A stretch of DNA of 60,238 nt, the filler included, from Myxococcota bacterium (lineage in GTDB: Bacteria > Myxococcota > Myxococcia > Myxococcales > Myxococcaceae), in the NCBI GenBank assembly GCA_049322255.1. It is 6 parts of 6 records of this genome, joined end to end, with 100 filler letters (N's around TTAATTAATTAA, not from the genome) between each part and the next. Parts side by side here need not be neighbours in the genome. Positions count along the whole stretch, not along the records: positions 41,767 to 51,073 come from JBMORE010000134.1; positions 51,174 to 60,238 come from JBMORE010000136.1; 4 more parts are not named here. One strand, written 5' to 3'. The translations under genes were made by a program, and so were the position numbers. The notes beneath the pieces are model-generated. The model ran no database searches, was not told the origin of the DNA, and saw nothing but the letters and a program-made list of their open reading frames with translations. Below, piece after piece: positions 49,814 to 59,465 of this stretch (position 1 is the first letter of the stretch; each line of letters starts with the position of its first letter).

Positions 49814-50389
49814 CTACGGGGAGCGCTCGAGAGCACGAGCGACAGCCTCGCGCAGCTTGTGATCCTTGACCTTTCTGGTGCCCGCGTCATCGACGGTGAG
49901 CTCCACGCCTTCGAGTTTTTCTACCACCGCTCCTGTTCCATCGAGGACGTAGGTGGTCGGTAGCCCACGATGCGGGAAGCGATCGTGCAGGGCACGGTTT
50001 CCGAAGAAGATGTACTGGTCGAACGAGGCGCCTGCCCCTTGAAGCCACTTTTGGTTGCGGCTTTTCCAGTTGCCAAGGTCCTGGAGTGAGGCGCTCGAGG
50101 CTTCCTGCTCATAGACGGCCCGAAGCACCACCCGCCCGGGGTGCTCCTCAGCGAGCCGAACCAAGGCGGGAAGCTCCTTCATGCAGGGCGTGCACCAGAT
50201 TGCCCAGAAGCTCAAAAGGACGACTCGGCCCTTGAGCGAATCGAGAGGCTCGTCGGCGTCAGCGAGGTGCGCGCGAAGCATCGGTCGAGCCGCAGAACAA
50301 GAAGAAAGCAGGGCACCCAGTGCCAAAAGGTGCAGGATACACTTCGTAGGTTTGTTTCGAGCAGACCATGCTGGACTCCTCGGATGCAC
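49814..50389 (-). CDS. TlpA-family thioredoxin-like lipoprotein (start uncertain)
   Basis: KGRVVLLSFWAIWCTPCMKELP, GLPTTYVLD; lipobox LSSC. Confidence 0.8.
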   Translation of the reverse strand: MHPRSPAWSARNKPTKCILHLLALGALLSSCSAARPMLRAHLADADEPLDSLKGRVVLLSFWAIWCTPCMKELPALVRLAEEHPGRVVLRAVYEQEASSASLQDLGNWKSRNQKWLQGAGASFDQYIFFGNRALHDRFPHRGLPTTYVLDGTGAVVEKLEGVELTVDDAGTRKVKDHKLREAVARALERSP

Positions 50390-51073
50390 GTCCTGCTGAT
50401 GGGCCTTGGCGAGTTGCTCCTCGGTGGCGCGGCGGTGCTGCTCTGGCTCCGTCACCACCTGCGGGTGTCCGCGGACCGCTGGGCCCGACGGCAACGCCGC
50501 TGGCGCAAACGCTTTGACACCGTTCGCGCCCGCCTCACCGGACGGCGGGCATTTCCCCGTTGGCGCAGGTGGCGCGGCGGCCACAACCGCACGCCCACCG
50601 AAGTCGAGGAGAGGGTGTGCCGCCTGGCCGTCGAAAGGAAGGACCTCGGCCTGCGCGGGTTGAGCGTCCTCTTCGCCCGCGTCGAGGGTGTGGTGCTGGG
50701 CGTCACCACCGTTCGTGCCATCCTCATCCGCAGGAGGACACTGCTGGCGGAGTTGGAGGAGTCGCGGAAGAAGAGGCGGCGAATCCGTGTCACTAGGCCA
50801 AACGTCCTATGGGGCGTCGACTTGACCCTGGTTTGGCTCTGGGGCGTGGTGCCGGTGTGGCTCTTCGGCGTCGTCGACTACTACGGGAGCCGGCTGCTTC
50901 TCCTCGAGCCGGTGGCGCGCTCGGCCTTCGTTGTGGCCCGAACGCTGGAGGGACTCTTCGCGGCGCACGGTGCGCCTGAGGCGGTGCTCTCCGACAACGG
51001 CGGGGAGTTCCGCGCCGAGGTGGTGGAGGAGGTGTTGCGCCGCTTCGGCGTTCGCCGCCGTTTCATCCGGCCC
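50384..51073 (+). mobile_element. DDE integrase-core (rve) transposase, IS481/IS3-like, 3' truncated
   Basis: HNRTP..VE..V HTH, RPNVLWGVDLT, VVDYYGSR, LSDNGGEF. Confidence 0.8.
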
Positions 51074-51173
51074 NNNNNNNNNNNNNNNNNNNNNNNNNNN
51101 NNNNNNNNNNNNNNNNNTTAATTAATTAANNNNNNNNNNNNNNNNNNNNNNNNNNNNNNNNNNNNNNNNNNNN
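51074..51173. other. artificial contig linker
   Basis: N44-TTAATTAATTAA-N44. Confidence 0.99.
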
Positions 51174-51175
51174 AG

Positions 51176-52759
51176 CTACTGCGGCCGGAATTCGAAGGAC
51201 ACCGGCTGGTTGCGCGCGAACACCTCGGAGAAGCGCGGGCGCGGCTCCTTGCCGAAGTAAATCTCGGCGATTCCTCCACAGGGGCTCTTGACGTCGATCG
51301 AGCGAGCACCCACTGGCACCACCAAGAGGTCTCCGTTGCGCGCCTGAATCGGCCCCGGGAGAATCTCCGCCACGCACGCCGAGCTCATGTTGATGCGCAC
51401 GTACAACCTGCCCTCCTCGCGGGAGATGATGGGCGCGTAGGACTGCGGCGGCACGAAGGCGTCGTAGCGCGCAGCTGGCGCCACCACCGAGCCACTCGGC
51501 AGCGCCGCAGGCACGCTCACCACCTGGGCCGAGCTCGCAGGAGGAGCTTGGGGCACGCCTGCATCGGGAGGACGGTAATAGGTGAGCCCTCCCACCGTGA
51601 CGAGGTTGCTCGAGCTTGTGGGAGCCAACCCTTTGGGCGCGGGCGCAGGCGCCACCACCACGGCAGGTGCAGTCACCGAAGGAGGAGGCTTCTCGTCCAG
51701 TGGAGCGGGCGGCGGGAGCGGCCGGGTCGACAGCCGCTGAGTCGCCGCGCGGGCATCGCGCGCTTGGTCGAAGCAGCGCTGGGGCACTCCCGCGCCCTCG
51801 TCGGACATCTCCAGCTTGTTGAGCTCGACCTCCGAGAGCGTGGGCATCGCCTCGCACAGCTTGGTCGAGCGCTGTTTCCACCCGACGTAGGCGTCGAGGT
51901 AGCAGTGGGCGCATTGTGTGTTCGCGGCGTCCTCCGCCTGAAGGAGCGCCAGCCCGGCCTCACCGCCCTCCTTCGTCTCCAGCGCGCGATGGATGGCGCC
52001 GGGGTTGACGCGCGGGCAGTTGCAACCCTTCGCCTCCTTCGAGGCAAGAAAGCTCTTTTTGAAATCCGCATCAGCCTCCTGCGCGGCGGTGCGCTCGGCG
52101 AGTTCCTTCCACTTCTGCGGCAGCGGCTTCGCCGCCGTCGGCGTGCTCGGAGGCTCGACAGGCCTGGGTGCCTCGGTGCCGAAATCCACCCGGGTGCCCT
52201 TGCGCCGGGCCTCGGCGACGAGGTTTTGGCACACGAGCCCTCGAGCGTAGAGCCAGCTGCGGTAGTCCCCGTACTCCGACTGAATCTGGGCGTGTAGGCG
52301 GGAGCGCTCCATCCACGCCTGGGCCTGCGCGAACAGCTCGCTGCGCGCGCGGGCGTGACAGTTGGCCTCTTCCGAGGGGCGATCGCGAATTCCGGCGCGT
52401 TTGGGCGAGTAGCGCGCCTCGAGGTAAGGCTGCTCGAGGTCCCCCAGCGCCTCGGTGGCCAGCGCCCGCACCGCTGCGCTCTTCTTCACCAACTCGAGCG
52501 CCTTTTCACAGGCGACGATGGCTCGGCCGCAATCGGGGCTGGGACCCTCGCGGGCGCTCTTGCGCCAACCGGCGTTGAACTTCCCCTCGCCGTCGAAGCA
52601 CCAAGTGGCCACCGAGTCGAGCGCCATCGAAAGGCTGCCGTCCTCCGTGGACAGCTGCTTGAGGGCCCTCACGTCGCGCAGCTTCGGCTGCGCGCACTCC
52701 GGGGGCAGCGCGGCGCCAGCATGCACGGCGGAGAGGACCAGAAACGACGCCACCGTCAT
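51176..52759 (-). CDS. secreted Cys-containing hypothetical protein
   Basis: signal peptide from ATG 52759, many Cys, Pro-rich linker, C-terminal beta domain. Confidence 0.75.
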   Translation of the reverse strand: MTVASFLVLSAVHAGAALPPECAQPKLRDVRALKQLSTEDGSLSMALDSVATWCFDGEGKFNAGWRKSAREGPSPDCGRAIVACEKALELVKKSAAVRALATEALGDLEQPYLEARYSPKRAGIRDRPSEEANCHARARSELFAQAQAWMERSRLHAQIQSEYGDYRSWLYARGLVCQNLVAEARRKGTRVDFGTEAPRPVEPPSTPTAAKPLPQKWKELAERTAAQEADADFKKSFLASKEAKGCNCPRVNPGAIHRALETKEGGEAGLALLQAEDAANTQCAHCYLDAYVGWKQRSTKLCEAMPTLSEVELNKLEMSDEGAGVPQRCFDQARDARAATQRLSTRPLPPPAPLDEKPPPSVTAPAVVVAPAPAPKGLAPTSSSNLVTVGGLTYYRPPDAGVPQAPPASSAQVVSVPAALPSGSVVAPAARYDAFVPPQSYAPIISREEGRLYVRINMSSACVAEILPGPIQARNGDLLVVPVGARSIDVKSPCGGIAEIYFGKEPRPRFSEVFARNQPVSFEFRPQ

Positions 52760-52760
52760 G

Positions 52761-53903
52761 CTAGGCCTTCTCCAACGCGACAGAGAGGTCATCGACCAGG
52801 TCTTGCCCGTCCTCGATCCCCACCGAGAGGCGAATGAGGCCGTCTAAGATGCCCAGCTTCTCGCGGTTCTCCTTGGGTACCGAGGCGTGGGTCATGATCG
52901 CCGGGTGCTCGATGAGCGACTCCACCCCGCCGAGCGACTCGGCGCAGGCGAACACCTTCACCTGCTTCAAGAACCTGCGCGCCGCCTCCAGCCCGCCGGC
53001 GATTTCGAAAGTCATCATCCCCCCGAAGCCCTTCATCTGCTTCATGGCCAGCTGGTGCTGCGGGTGGCTGGGCAGGCCCGGGTAAGTGACCTTCTTCGCC
53101 TTGGGGTGCGCGGCGAGGAACTGGGCGACGCGGGCGGCGTTCTCGGCGTGCCGCTGCATGCGCACGTGCAACGTCTTCACCCCGCGCAGGACGAGGAAGC
53201 TGTCCATCGGAGAAGGCACCCCACCCACCGCGTTCTGCAAGAAATAGATGCGGTCGGCGAGCGAGCGGTCGGAGGTGCAGACGAAGCCGCCCACGCAATC
53301 ACTGTGGCCGTTGAGATATTTGGTGGTCGAATGCACCACGATGTCGATGCCGTGTTCGAGCGGGCGCTGAAAGTACGGTGTCATGAAGGTGTTGTCGCAA
53401 ATGGAGAGCAAGCCCTTCTTCTTCGCCACCTCCGCGATGTGGGAAAGGTCGATCAGCTTGAGCATCGGGTTGGTGGGGGTCTCCACCCACACCGCCTTGG
53501 TTTTGGGGGTGATGGCTGCCTCGAGCGCTCCCGGCTTCGAGAGGTCGACGAAGGAGAAGGCGAGCCCTTGTCGGCGGAAGACCTTGTCGAAGAGGCGAAA
53601 GGTGCCTCCGTACACGTCGTCGGAGCAGACGAGGTGGTCTTCCGCATCGAACAGGTGCATCAACGCGTCGGCGGCGGCGCAGCCCGAGGCGAAGGCGGCG
53701 CCGAACTTCGCGCCCTCCAGCGTGGCCAGACAGCCCTCGAGCGCGGAGCGGGTCGGGTTCTTGGTACGCGAATACTCGTACCCCTTGTGCTCTCCGGGGC
53801 CGGCCTGCACATAGGTCGAGGTCATGTACACCGGCGTCATGATGGCGCCGGTCGTGGGGTCCGGCTCCTGGCCGGCGTGGATGGCGAGGGTGTCGAAGCG
53901 CAT
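52761..53903 (-). CDS. cystathionine gamma-lyase/synthase (Cys/Met PLP family)
   Basis: YEYSRTKNPTR, DDVYGGT, ETPTNP, HSTTKYLNGHSD, ESLGGVESL. Confidence 0.95.
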   Translation of the reverse strand: MRFDTLAIHAGQEPDPTTGAIMTPVYMTSTYVQAGPGEHKGYEYSRTKNPTRSALEGCLATLEGAKFGAAFASGCAAADALMHLFDAEDHLVCSDDVYGGTFRLFDKVFRRQGLAFSFVDLSKPGALEAAITPKTKAVWVETPTNPMLKLIDLSHIAEVAKKKGLLSICDNTFMTPYFQRPLEHGIDIVVHSTTKYLNGHSDCVGGFVCTSDRSLADRIYFLQNAVGGVPSPMDSFLVLRGVKTLHVRMQRHAENAARVAQFLAAHPKAKKVTYPGLPSHPQHQLAMKQMKGFGGMMTFEIAGGLEAARRFLKQVKVFACAESLGGVESLIEHPAIMTHASVPKENREKLGILDGLIRLSVGIEDGQDLVDDLSVALEKA

Positions 53904-53921
53904 AGGAGCGCACTCTAAGAC

Positions 53922-54911
53922 ATGGACGAGCCAAAGGTGATGTTCGAGAACAGGCTGCGAAAAAACGCCCGCCACCGGCACAAGTGGGCGCGTCGCAGCG
54001 GGCTTTCCGCCTACCGCTTGTACGACCGCGATCTCCCCGAGTACCCGTTCGCCATCGACTGGTACGACGGCCGAGTGCACCTCGTCGAGTACCCGAGGCG
54101 CAAGGCACTGCGTACGGGAGATGCCGTTTTGCTCCGAAGCGAGGTGCTGCAGGCCGTGCAGGCGGTGCTCGATGTGCCCCCGGAGCGCATCTACACCAAG
54201 ACGCATCTTCCCCAGCCGTGGGGCCGCACGCAGTACGAACGGCAGGCCGAAGGCAGCGAGCGCTTCGTGGTCGAGGAGCAGGGGCAGAAGTTCTGGGTCA
54301 ACTTAGGCGACTACCTGGACACCGGACTCTTCCTCGACCACCGCCTCACCCGCGCGCGCGTTCGCGCCGAGGCGAACGGCCGGCGTTTCTTGAACCTCTT
54401 CGCCTACACCGGCTCGTTCAGCGTCTATGCCGCCGCCGGAGGTGCGCGCTCGACCACCACGGTCGATCTCTCCAACACCTACTGTGCGTGGGCCGAGAAC
54501 AACCTCGCGCTCAACGGCGTCGGCGGCGCGCACCACCGGGTGGTACGGGCCGACGTACGCGCGTGGCTTCGACAAGCCGCCGCGAGGCGCGAGCGCTTCG
54601 ACCTCGTGGTGCTCGACCCGCCCTCGTTCTCCACCTCGAAGAAGATGACCGGCACGTTCGACGTGCAGCGCGACCACCCGCAGCTCATCGCCGACACCCT
54701 CGCGCTCCTGGTGGCGGGCGGGGTGCTCTACTTCTCCACCAACTTCCAGGGTTTCCACCTCGACGAGCGCGCCGTGGCGGGGCTTTCGGTCGAGGAGCTG
54801 ACCCCGCGAAGCATCCCCGAGGACTTTCGCCCCGGTATCCACCGCTGCTGGCGCCTCGTCCTCCCTCTCCCCGTGGGAGAGGGTAAGGGTGAGGGAACGC
54901 CTGCTTGCTGA
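53922..54911 (+). CDS. stand-alone RlmK-like 23S rRNA methyltransferase (C-terminal half of RlmKL)
   Basis: FENRLRKN, YRLYDRDLPEY, YLDTGLFLDHR, FLNLFAYTG, DPPSFSTSKKM. Confidence 0.85.
   Translation: MDEPKVMFENRLRKNARHRHKWARRSGLSAYRLYDRDLPEYPFAIDWYDGRVHLVEYPRRKALRTGDAVLLRSEVLQAVQAVLDVPPERIYTKTHLPQPWGRTQYERQAEGSERFVVEEQGQKFWVNLGDYLDTGLFLDHRLTRARVRAEANGRRFLNLFAYTGSFSVYAAAGGARSTTTVDLSNTYCAWAENNLALNGVGGAHHRVVRADVRAWLRQAAARRERFDLVVLDPPSFSTSKKMTGTFDVQRDHPQLIADTLALLVAGGVLYFSTNFQGFHLDERAVAGLSVEELTPRSIPEDFRPGIHRCWRLVLPLPVGEGKGEGTPAC
54863..54895 (+). repeat. REP-like palindrome forming the C-terminal codons of the RlmK-like gene
   Basis: CCCTCTCCC-CGT-GGGAGAGGG-TAAGGGTGAGGG, read as PLPVGEGKGEG. Confidence 0.85.
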
Positions 54912-54939
54912 TCCTTCCCTCCATTCTCAACTTCACTCG

Positions 54940-55326
54940 GTGCGAAGGCTTTTGCCAGGGGCACTGGCGCTGGCGTTGATGGCTTGCGGGGTGAGGGCCC
55001 TCGAACCCATGCCGGAGCGACGCGCCCGCGCGCGTTCGGTGGAGCTGAAGGGCCACATCGAAACGCTGGGCGGAGGAGCTCTCATCATTCGCGATGAGAC
55101 TGGACGAACACTCACGTTGCAGTTGGATGTGGCGACCCGCACGGTACGCGACCAACAGATCGTCGCGCTCGCGGAGCTCGCCGAAGGCATGGGGGTGCGG
55201 GTCGTCTACGTTCCCCTCGAAGATCGCTCGGTGGCGCGGGTCATCGAGCTCACTCGCCCAGCAACTTCACCACCAGCCAGTAGAGCAGCACCAACACCGC
55301 CGCCCCTCCCAACAGCAGCTTGGTGA
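54940..55326 (+). CDS. hypothetical lipoprotein (OB-fold-like)
   Basis: VRRLLPGALALALMAC lipobox; LAEGMGVRVVY; overlaps the convergent gene by 77 nt. Confidence 0.55.
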   Translation: MRRLLPGALALALMACGVRALEPMPERRARARSVELKGHIETLGGGALIIRDETGRTLTLQLDVATRTVRDQQIVALAELAEGMGVRVVYVPLEDRSVARVIELTRPATSPPASRAAPTPPPLPTAAW

Positions 55327-55759
55327 CGGGCTTCATCTCTCCCGGCAGAGGTCCCGCGAAGCTCGCGTCCACCGCCTCGGAAACGCCCGCGTACTCGCCT
55401 GCGTAGCGCGCGGTGCGCAAGTACTGGTCCGCCACCAAACCCTCGTCGTCGGCGCCGATGCCCTTACACAGCTGCGGATCGAAAAGCTGAACCTTGGCCT
55501 GGGCGGCGAGCGCTGCCCCCTCCACCACCACCTCGCGCACCAGCTCCAGCCGGTGCGACAGCGGAAGGCGCAGCTCCGTGCCCAGCCGACGGCCGCCCTC
55601 CACCAACGGCCGCACTTCGACCTCGCCGTTCTCGAGCTTCCAAATCCGAACACCATCTGGCCGCTCGGCCACGCCGCGGGCGCTAAGCAGAGCGTCGACC
55701 GGCTCGGAGTCGAAAGGAACGGCAGCGTCGGCGGATTGAAAGAGGAGCTCGTACTTCAT
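55250..55759 (-). CDS. hypothetical protein with C-terminal TM helix
   Basis: 169-aa ORF with biased codons; LLLGGAAVLVLLYWLVV. Confidence 0.75.
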   Translation of the reverse strand: MKYELLFQSADAAVPFDSEPVDALLSARGVAERPDGVRIWKLENGEVEVRPLVEGGRRLGTELRLPLSHRLELVREVVVEGAALAAQAKVQLFDPQLCKGIGADDEGLVADQYLRTARYAGEYAGVSEAVDASFAGPLPGEMKPVTKLLLGGAAVLVLLYWLVVKLLGE

Positions 55760-55794
55760 GGTGAAGGGGGAATGGACGCAGTATATGCCTCGTC

Positions 55795-56643
55795 ATGCCG
55801 CTCGACCTCGGCCGGTTTCAGCTCCACGAGATCAACGACGGCACCTTTGCCCTCGACGGCGGCGCGATGTTCGGCATCGTGCCCCGGCCTCTGTGGGAGA
55901 AGAAGCACCCCGCCGATGCGCGCAACCGAGTCACCCTCGCGCTGCGCAGCCTGCTCATCGTCGACGGCAACCGTCGCGTGCTGGTGGACGACGGCATCGG
56001 CAAGAAATGGGACGAGAAACACCAAGACCTCTACGGCATCGACCACGCCCGTGTCGATCTCGACCGCGAGCTCGCCCGCGCCGGTGTGACTCGCGAGCAG
56101 ATCACCGACGTGATTCTCACCCATCTGCACTTCGACCACTGTGGAGGCACCACCCGCGAGGAAAGCGGCGCGCTCGCCCTCTCCTTCCCCAATGCCACCT
56201 ATCACCTGCAGCGGCGTCACTGGGCCTGGGCGCATCACCCGACCGAGAAAGACACCGGTTCCTTTCGCGCCGAAAGCTTCGCCCTTCTCGAGGAGAGCCG
56301 GCGGCTGCACCTGCTCGAGGGCCAGACCGAGCTCTATCCGGGGGTGCAGATCCTCGTCTCCGAGGGGCATACCGTGGGCATGCAATTGGTTCGAGTGAGC
56401 GACGCCGAGCGCTCCCTCGTCTACTGCGCCGACTTAGTCCCCACGGCGGCTCACCTGCGCACGAGCTGGGTGATGGCGTACGACCTCTACCCGCTCACCA
56501 CCATCGAGGAGAAGAAGATGCTCCTCGCCCAGGCGGTGGAGGACCACTCCATCCTTTTCTTCGAGCACGACCCCCACGTCGCCGCCTGCATGGTGAAGGA
56601 AGAGCGCGGGCAGGTGGTGGTCGACCAGGTGGTTCGGTTTTGA
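55795..56643 (+). CDS. MBL-fold metallo-hydrolase (YtnP-like)
   Basis: LDGGAMFGIVP, THLHFDHCGG, GHT, FEHDP. Confidence 0.92.
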   Translation: MPLDLGRFQLHEINDGTFALDGGAMFGIVPRPLWEKKHPADARNRVTLALRSLLIVDGNRRVLVDDGIGKKWDEKHQDLYGIDHARVDLDRELARAGVTREQITDVILTHLHFDHCGGTTREESGALALSFPNATYHLQRRHWAWAHHPTEKDTGSFRAESFALLEESRRLHLLEGQTELYPGVQILVSEGHTVGMQLVRVSDAERSLVYCADLVPTAAHLRTSWVMAYDLYPLTTIEEKKMLLAQAVEDHSILFFEHDPHVAACMVKEERGQVVVDQVVRF

Positions 56644-57806
56644 CTCAGGCCACGGTCAAGCTCACCAAGCGTGGCGCCGAGCGCTGGCGGCGTGGGCACC
56701 CGTGGATCTACCGCGCCGACTTGGAGGGAGAGCCACCACTCGCAGGCGGCGAAGCGGTGCGAGTGGTCGATCACCGCGGGTGGCTTTTGGGCCAGTCCTT
56801 CTACTCGAAGACCTCGAAGATCGCCTTACGCTGGCTGGCGTCCGACGATCGGCCGATCGACGCCGGGCTCTTCAAGGAGCGCATTGCCGCCGCCGACGTG
56901 CTCCGCCGTCGCACGCTTCCCGGCGAGACCACTTACCGGGTAGTGCACGGCGAGGCCGATCTGCTCCCCGGTCTGGTGGTCGACCGCTACGGCGACTACC
57001 TCTCGGTGCAGTTCCTGGTGAAGGGCACCGACGACCGTAAGGAGCTCTTCGCCGATTTGCTGGTCGAGCACTTCGGCGCCAAAGGCGTGGTCAACCGCTC
57101 CGACGTGGGCGTCCGCGCGCTGGAGGGCCTGCCGCAAGAGAAAGGAGTGATGCGTGGCGAAGTACCTTCGACCGTGAGCTACCGGGAGGGCGAGGTGGTG
57201 CTGCGCGCCGATCTGCTCGGAGGGCAGAAGACCGGCGCCTTTCTCGACCAACGGGAGAACCACGTGATGAGCGCTTCTTACGCCTCGGGCGAGGCGCTCG
57301 ACTGTTTCGCCTACGCCGGTGGCTTTGCTCTACAGCTGGCGACCCGGGCGCAGAAGGTGACCGCGGTGGAGATCTCCGACGCCGCCGCAGCGGTGCTCAG
57401 GGCCAACGCCGACGTCAACCGCCTCGCCAACGTCGAGGTGGTGACCGCCAACGCCTTCGACTTCCTGCGCGACGCGGTGGACGAGGGCCGCGCCTTCGAC
57501 ACCATCGTGCTCGACCCGCCCTCCTTCGCGAAGAGCAAGGCCGCGCTCGAGGCAGCGCTGCGCGGCTACAAGGAAATAAATCTTAGAGCGATGCAGCTGT
57601 TGCGGCCGGGCGGCTTCCTCATCACCGCCAGCTGCACCTACCACGTGAGCGAAGAGCGCTTCGAGGAGATGCTCGACTCCGCCGCCGCCGACGCCAAACG
57701 GCGGGTGCAGATCATCGAGAAGCGTGGAGCGGGCCGCGACCACCCGGTGCTGCTCGGCCTGCGCGAGACCCGCTACCTCAAGTGCTTCGTGCTGCGGGCG
57801 ATCTGA
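56640..57806 (+). CDS. RlmI-like PUA-domain rRNA m5C methyltransferase
   Basis: GHPWIY, HGEADLLPGLVVDRY, GQKTGAFLDQREN, LDPPSF, ETRYLK; TTGA overlap start. Confidence 0.9.
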   Translation: MTQATVKLTKRGAERWRRGHPWIYRADLEGEPPLAGGEAVRVVDHRGWLLGQSFYSKTSKIALRWLASDDRPIDAGLFKERIAAADVLRRRTLPGETTYRVVHGEADLLPGLVVDRYGDYLSVQFLVKGTDDRKELFADLLVEHFGAKGVVNRSDVGVRALEGLPQEKGVMRGEVPSTVSYREGEVVLRADLLGGQKTGAFLDQRENHVMSASYASGEALDCFAYAGGFALQLATRAQKVTAVEISDAAAAVLRANADVNRLANVEVVTANAFDFLRDAVDEGRAFDTIVLDPPSFAKSKAALEAALRGYKEINLRAMQLLRPGGFLITASCTYHVSEERFEEMLDSAAADAKRRVQIIEKRGAGRDHPVLLGLRETRYLKCFVLRAI

Positions 57807-57818
57807 AAAAAGCCTTGG

Positions 57819-58358
57819 TCAGCTCTTTCCGTGGAAGCTCTTGATCTGCTCTTGCAGCGCCTCTGCGCGGAAAAAGAGGAACTGGGCGTCGCCGAACGAG
57901 ATCGCATCTCCGTCGGCCAGGTAGGACTCCCGGGCGGGCAGCCGGCGGGCGTTGAGGAAGGTGCCGTTGCGCGAGTCGAGGTCGATCAGAGCGCACTGCT
58001 GTGACTCTTGCTTCCACTTGAGCATCGCGTGGCGGCTGGAAACCGACGGCTCGTGAATCACCACGTCACAATCGTCGGCGCGGCCCACCACCAGCTCGCC
58101 CTTCTTCTCAAGTGTGTTCAAAGGCAGCACCAAAAGATTCTCGAAGGCCTGGAGCATGGAGAGAATCTCCTGCGGCAAGCGCAGCTCGTGCGCCATCGCC
58201 ACGGTGTCTCCCCGGCGAAGGAGCTTGGCGAGCTCTTGGTACACCGTGCCGGTGGGCCGCTGCACCAGAACGAACGCTCCCAGCTGGGCACAAAACTGCT
58301 GGGGCGTCTGGGTGCGCGCGGCCTCCCGCAGGTCCTTGACATGTAGAAGGCGGCTCAC
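57819..58358 (-). CDS. FHA domain protein
   Basis: VGRADDCDV..SVSSRHA..DLDSRNGTFLN; GTG start overlaps the upstream stop. Confidence 0.88.
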   Translation of the reverse strand: MSRLLHVKDLREAARTQTPQQFCAQLGAFVLVQRPTGTVYQELAKLLRRGDTVAMAHELRLPQEILSMLQAFENLLVLPLNTLEKKGELVVGRADDCDVVIHEPSVSSRHAMLKWKQESQQCALIDLDSRNGTFLNARRLPARESYLADGDAISFGDAQFLFFRAEALQEQIKSFHGKS

Positions 58359-59311
58359 GCCCGCGCCCCCGGCTGCCGCACCTCGGCGCCGCTGCGCAAG
58401 GCGAGGTACACCCCGGCCAAGAGAAGCTGCCCCAGCCCCAGCGCCGGCAAGATGCCGATGCAGCAGGCGATGAGTCCAACCAAGATGATGAGCGCCGCGA
58501 GCAGCGCCACCCCGAAAATGGTTAGTCTTTGTCCCTTGGCGATCGCGTAGCAGTTCTTGATCGACTCGAAAGGGCGCACACCGTCGACGAAGACGATCTC
58601 CATGGTCGCGAAGTACAGCGGAACGGCGAAGTAGACAATCGGGACGAGCGCGACCAAGGACCCCAGGACCAACACCTGGATGACCCGACCACCTTCGAAC
58701 AGCTCCTCGTTCAGCGGAGCTCCGCTCACCAGCGCTCCTACACCGATGAGCAGCACGAAGTACGCCACCACCGGCACGCCGAAGAGAAGGAGCAGCCACA
58801 GCTTCTGCACGACGTACTTGCCAATCTTCGGTACCTGGGTGGACAGGCGTGAGAGGTCTGCCTTCTGGCCCTGCAACACGTCGAAGACGATGCGCAACAT
58901 CCCCATCTCCGCCATGCCCTGCAGCACCATGGCAATGACCTGACCGATCACCGCTGTGGCCACCGCTGCGACCACCCCCGAGTCTTTGAACGGCAGTTGC
59001 AGGATCGAGGAGATGACTCCTCCGACTCCGCTCACCGCGAAGAGAACGAGCGCAGCCACGCTGAGCATCAGCCACTCGCGCTTGAAGAGCTCCCAGCAGT
59101 AGTCCCACAGCGCGTTGAAGCTCCAATTGGCGCGAGCGAACGGAAACACGCCCGCACCGGCCAGCTCGCGGCAGCGCAGGCAGGTGGGCGAGCTGCCAGC
59201 CTGGCCACACTCCATACACATGAAGTTGCCGCAGCGCTCACACGTCCCCATCGCCTGTCGATCGGGGTGTAGCGCGCACATCGGGCGACTGCCGGTCGAT
59301 GGTTCAGCCAT
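58355..59311 (-). CDS. membrane protein with N-terminal B-box-like zinc finger
   Basis: CALHP..CERCGNFMCMEC..CLRC followed by 5-6 TM helices. Confidence 0.82.
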   Translation of the reverse strand: MAEPSTGSRPMCALHPDRQAMGTCERCGNFMCMECGQAGSSPTCLRCRELAGAGVFPFARANWSFNALWDYCWELFKREWLMLSVAALVLFAVSGVGGVISSILQLPFKDSGVVAAVATAVIGQVIAMVLQGMAEMGMLRIVFDVLQGQKADLSRLSTQVPKIGKYVVQKLWLLLLFGVPVVAYFVLLIGVGALVSGAPLNEELFEGGRVIQVLVLGSLVALVPIVYFAVPLYFATMEIVFVDGVRPFESIKNCYAIAKGQRLTIFGVALLAALIILVGLIACCIGILPALGLGQLLLAGVYLALRSGAEVRQPGARA

Positions 59312-59465
59312 GGTGATGAGCCCCTCCTCGGGCGAGACGCTAGACGCCCGGCGCGGAGCACGTCCATGACGTTCGGTGGGCGGGAAGGCGAGCCAGCGCC
59401 GCTTCGCGTGGCCGTGGCCATGGCCGCTTCCATGTCACAGGGTGAAGACAAAAGGAGCCTGCCTC

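Noticed and set aside
54912..54939. Possible duplicated tail of the 55250 gene flanking the small lipoprotein
   Set aside because: Only a 7-nt match (CGAGTGA); not significant.
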